DNA of 64,000 nt from NCBI GenBank assembly GCA_002104905.1, contig MCFE01000377.1, forward strand, positions 20,299 to 84,298. The letters are read 5' to 3'. Position numbers and translations under genes: made by a program. The notes under the pieces were generated by a model. That model was not told where the DNA came from and did not search any database. It was given only the letters and a program-made list of their open reading frames with translations. Below are positions 62,068 to 64,000 of the stretch, one piece after another. Source of the stretch: Basidiobolus meristosporus CBS 931.73. Its lineage: Eukaryota > Fungi > Basidiobolomycota. Each line of letters opens with the position of its first letter. The first letter of the stretch is position 1.

Positions 62068-62562
62068 GACGAAGTGGACTTAGATAATGCTTGTCGATGT
62101 GACAAAGGATAGTGTTATCCGATGACCAGTATTTATCCAACGCTAAGTGAGGAAAAAAAAGCTAGAAAACTTGGACCAGGGTAATCTCCCCTGATATTGA
62201 TCTTGATGGAGTTTGTAAATTTTGACCTTACATCCCGAAAATTACCCAACTTCTGTGGAAATTGAAAATTTTCAGCCAACCAGCGTCACAGAAACCCTCA
62301 CTGTTGGAATTGACCCCTATTTAATTTCGACCGACCGCAGACACTAATCGCCGAGTTACACATCTCCAGATATTTCCTCAATACGGAATATACTAAATAC
62401 TCTTGGTCATCACTGATAAGCAATACTAGGCTGATTTTTAGATGATCTTTATTGGTGAATGATCATTGATTTCATCGAATAATGCGAAGGCATGCTCTTT
62501 CATAATACAACGAACATTAAAAATCAACATTCTTGCGAGACAGAAGACAAAGTGATGTGCAA

Positions 62563-63525
62563 TTAGGCCTCAATTGATTCTTCAACAGGAGCGGCAGACT
62601 CCTCAGTAGCAGCGGGAGCAGCTGGCTTCTGGAAATCCTCAGAGATGGGCTCAGTGACAACGGCTTCCTCCTTGGGCTCCATGACAGTAATCATATCAGG
62701 AAGAGGGTTCTTGGGTCCAATCTTGCCTGAAGGATCCCAATCCAACATAATCTTAACCTTGATACCAAGAACACCTTGGCGAAGGAGAACGTGACGAACA
62801 GCGGTATCGATGTAATCACGGACTGGTTGACCAGAGTGAATCATGAATCCGTCAGCGAACTTCATGGCCTTAGCACGGGCAGCACGGAGTTTACCGGAGA
62901 TAACAACCTCGGCACCCTTGGCTCCAGACTCCATGGCGAAACGGAGGACAGAGTGAGCGGCACGACGGACGGCAAGACCGGCGAGCAACTTGTGGCGAAC
63001 GGCCTCGCATTGAGCGACGGCGCAGAGACCACGGTTAGCAACACGCTCGGCGTAGAGCTCAACAGTGTTCTCGGGGAAGTTGAAGCGCTTTTGAACAACG
63101 GAAGTCAACTCACGGATACGACGACCCTTCTCACCAAGAACATCCTGAGTACGAGTGGCACGGATGATGATTTCAGTGCGAGCGGGGGTGACACGCACTT
63201 CAACACCAGAGTAACCCTCTTCGGCAAGTTCACGAGTGAAGAACTCGTTAAGTTCGGCGTAGAAAACGCCATCAGCGACGAACTACAATCATGAAAGCCA
63301 TTTAGTAAGAGTGATGGGAAGGTGGCAAGAAGGTGCGATGTCGGTGGGTCAAGTCAGAGATAGTCATAAGTACGTGCATTATGCCACATTCCCGAAGGCA
63401 GGCATTCAAACAAGAGGTGTCAGAAATGATTCGGTATCATCATTTAACCCACCGCATGCATCCATTGAAATAAACACTAGCCATCCATACTATACCTTTC
63501 TCTTCTTGGAGATCTGAGCAGCCAT
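62563..63525 (-). CDS. RPS3: 40S ribosomal protein S3 (uS3), 2 exons
   Basis: Exon 1 [10 protein letters not shown] (ATG 63525); exon 2 [11 protein letters not shown]...[10 protein letters not shown]...GKLRAARAK. Confidence 0.98.
63342..63454 (-). ncRNA. Candidate intronic box C/D snoRNA
   Basis: Box C ATGATGA and box D CTGA, immediately flanked by an 11-bp terminal stem (CGGTGGGTTAA / TTGACCCACCG, one G:U), plus an internal D' CTGA. Lies inside the RPS3 intron. Confidence 0.8.
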
Positions 63526-64000
63526 GTTCGATGTAAAGAAGGATTGTCCGAATCGAGCTTTTTTCGCAATTATACTCGACCGGTGCCGGGTGCCAAAATA
63601 CCACCAGTCAAGTTGGCTTATTTCCATAATCATCACATTGTAGGGGGTCGGCAGAGGCTTGATTGGCCTGTGCCGTAGGCCCGCATCACGTGCCAGATCT
63701 GAGATTGGTTTTCCTTGACTTAAGCAACATTGAATTGGCATAGTTAATTCTTATTTTAACCACACCGCACAGCAATATGCTGATTTTTCCGGCATGGACA
63801 ACCGATTTTCTTACGTAGTTTCGCAATTATTGATCATTTCCAAAAATGTCCACACAAATTGGGCTTACGTTACGAAGCCGCCACGGTGGTACTTTCATTT
63901 TTTCCTGTTCGAACGAACTTGAAAGGTTATTCGTTGACACAAACTAAACCACTTCATACATCAGTTTTCGTTCAAATGAATATGGAAGAAGGCGACGAAC

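Noticed and set aside
60676-62112. 478-aa + strand ORF spanning EFL
   Set aside because: It is the antisense mirror of a codon-biased gene and has no motifs. The same artefact occurs over RPL32 (53746-54408) and RPS3 (62776-63294).
1-64000. CRISPR arrays, rRNA, tRNA and telomeric repeats
   Set aside because: No repeat-spacer arrays, recognisable rRNA or tRNA structures, or telomere-like tracts were seen.

Overview
Eukaryotic genomic DNA with GT-AG introns, from an early-diverging fungus. EFL, a class IV chitin synthase and a WC-2-type protein suggest a Basidiobolus/Entomophthoromycota-like or chytrid-like lineage (inference). The window has two sharply different parts. (1) About 1-26.3 kb is a nested, decayed transposon block that is almost free of CpG. 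It holds three copies and a solo LTR of one Ty3/Gypsy family, a fragmented Ty1/Copia, a complete 3.2-kb non-autonomous Copia-type element (LTRs, half-tRNA PBS, PPT, 5-bp TSD), PIF/Harbinger-ISL2EU transposase remnants and a ~5.3-kb CACTA/EnSpm element. (2) About 28-64 kb is gene-dense and CpG-rich. It encodes AOX, WC-2-like, chitin synthase, EFR3, two paralogous microproteins, CDK11, Stm1-like, Rho3, a GPCR, a BAR-PH-PH-C2-RasGAP, RPL32, a MAP2K, an unknown gene, carboxypeptidase Y, EFL and RPS3, whose intron carries a candidate C/D snoRNA. All alignments and exon models were done by eye, with no database searches.
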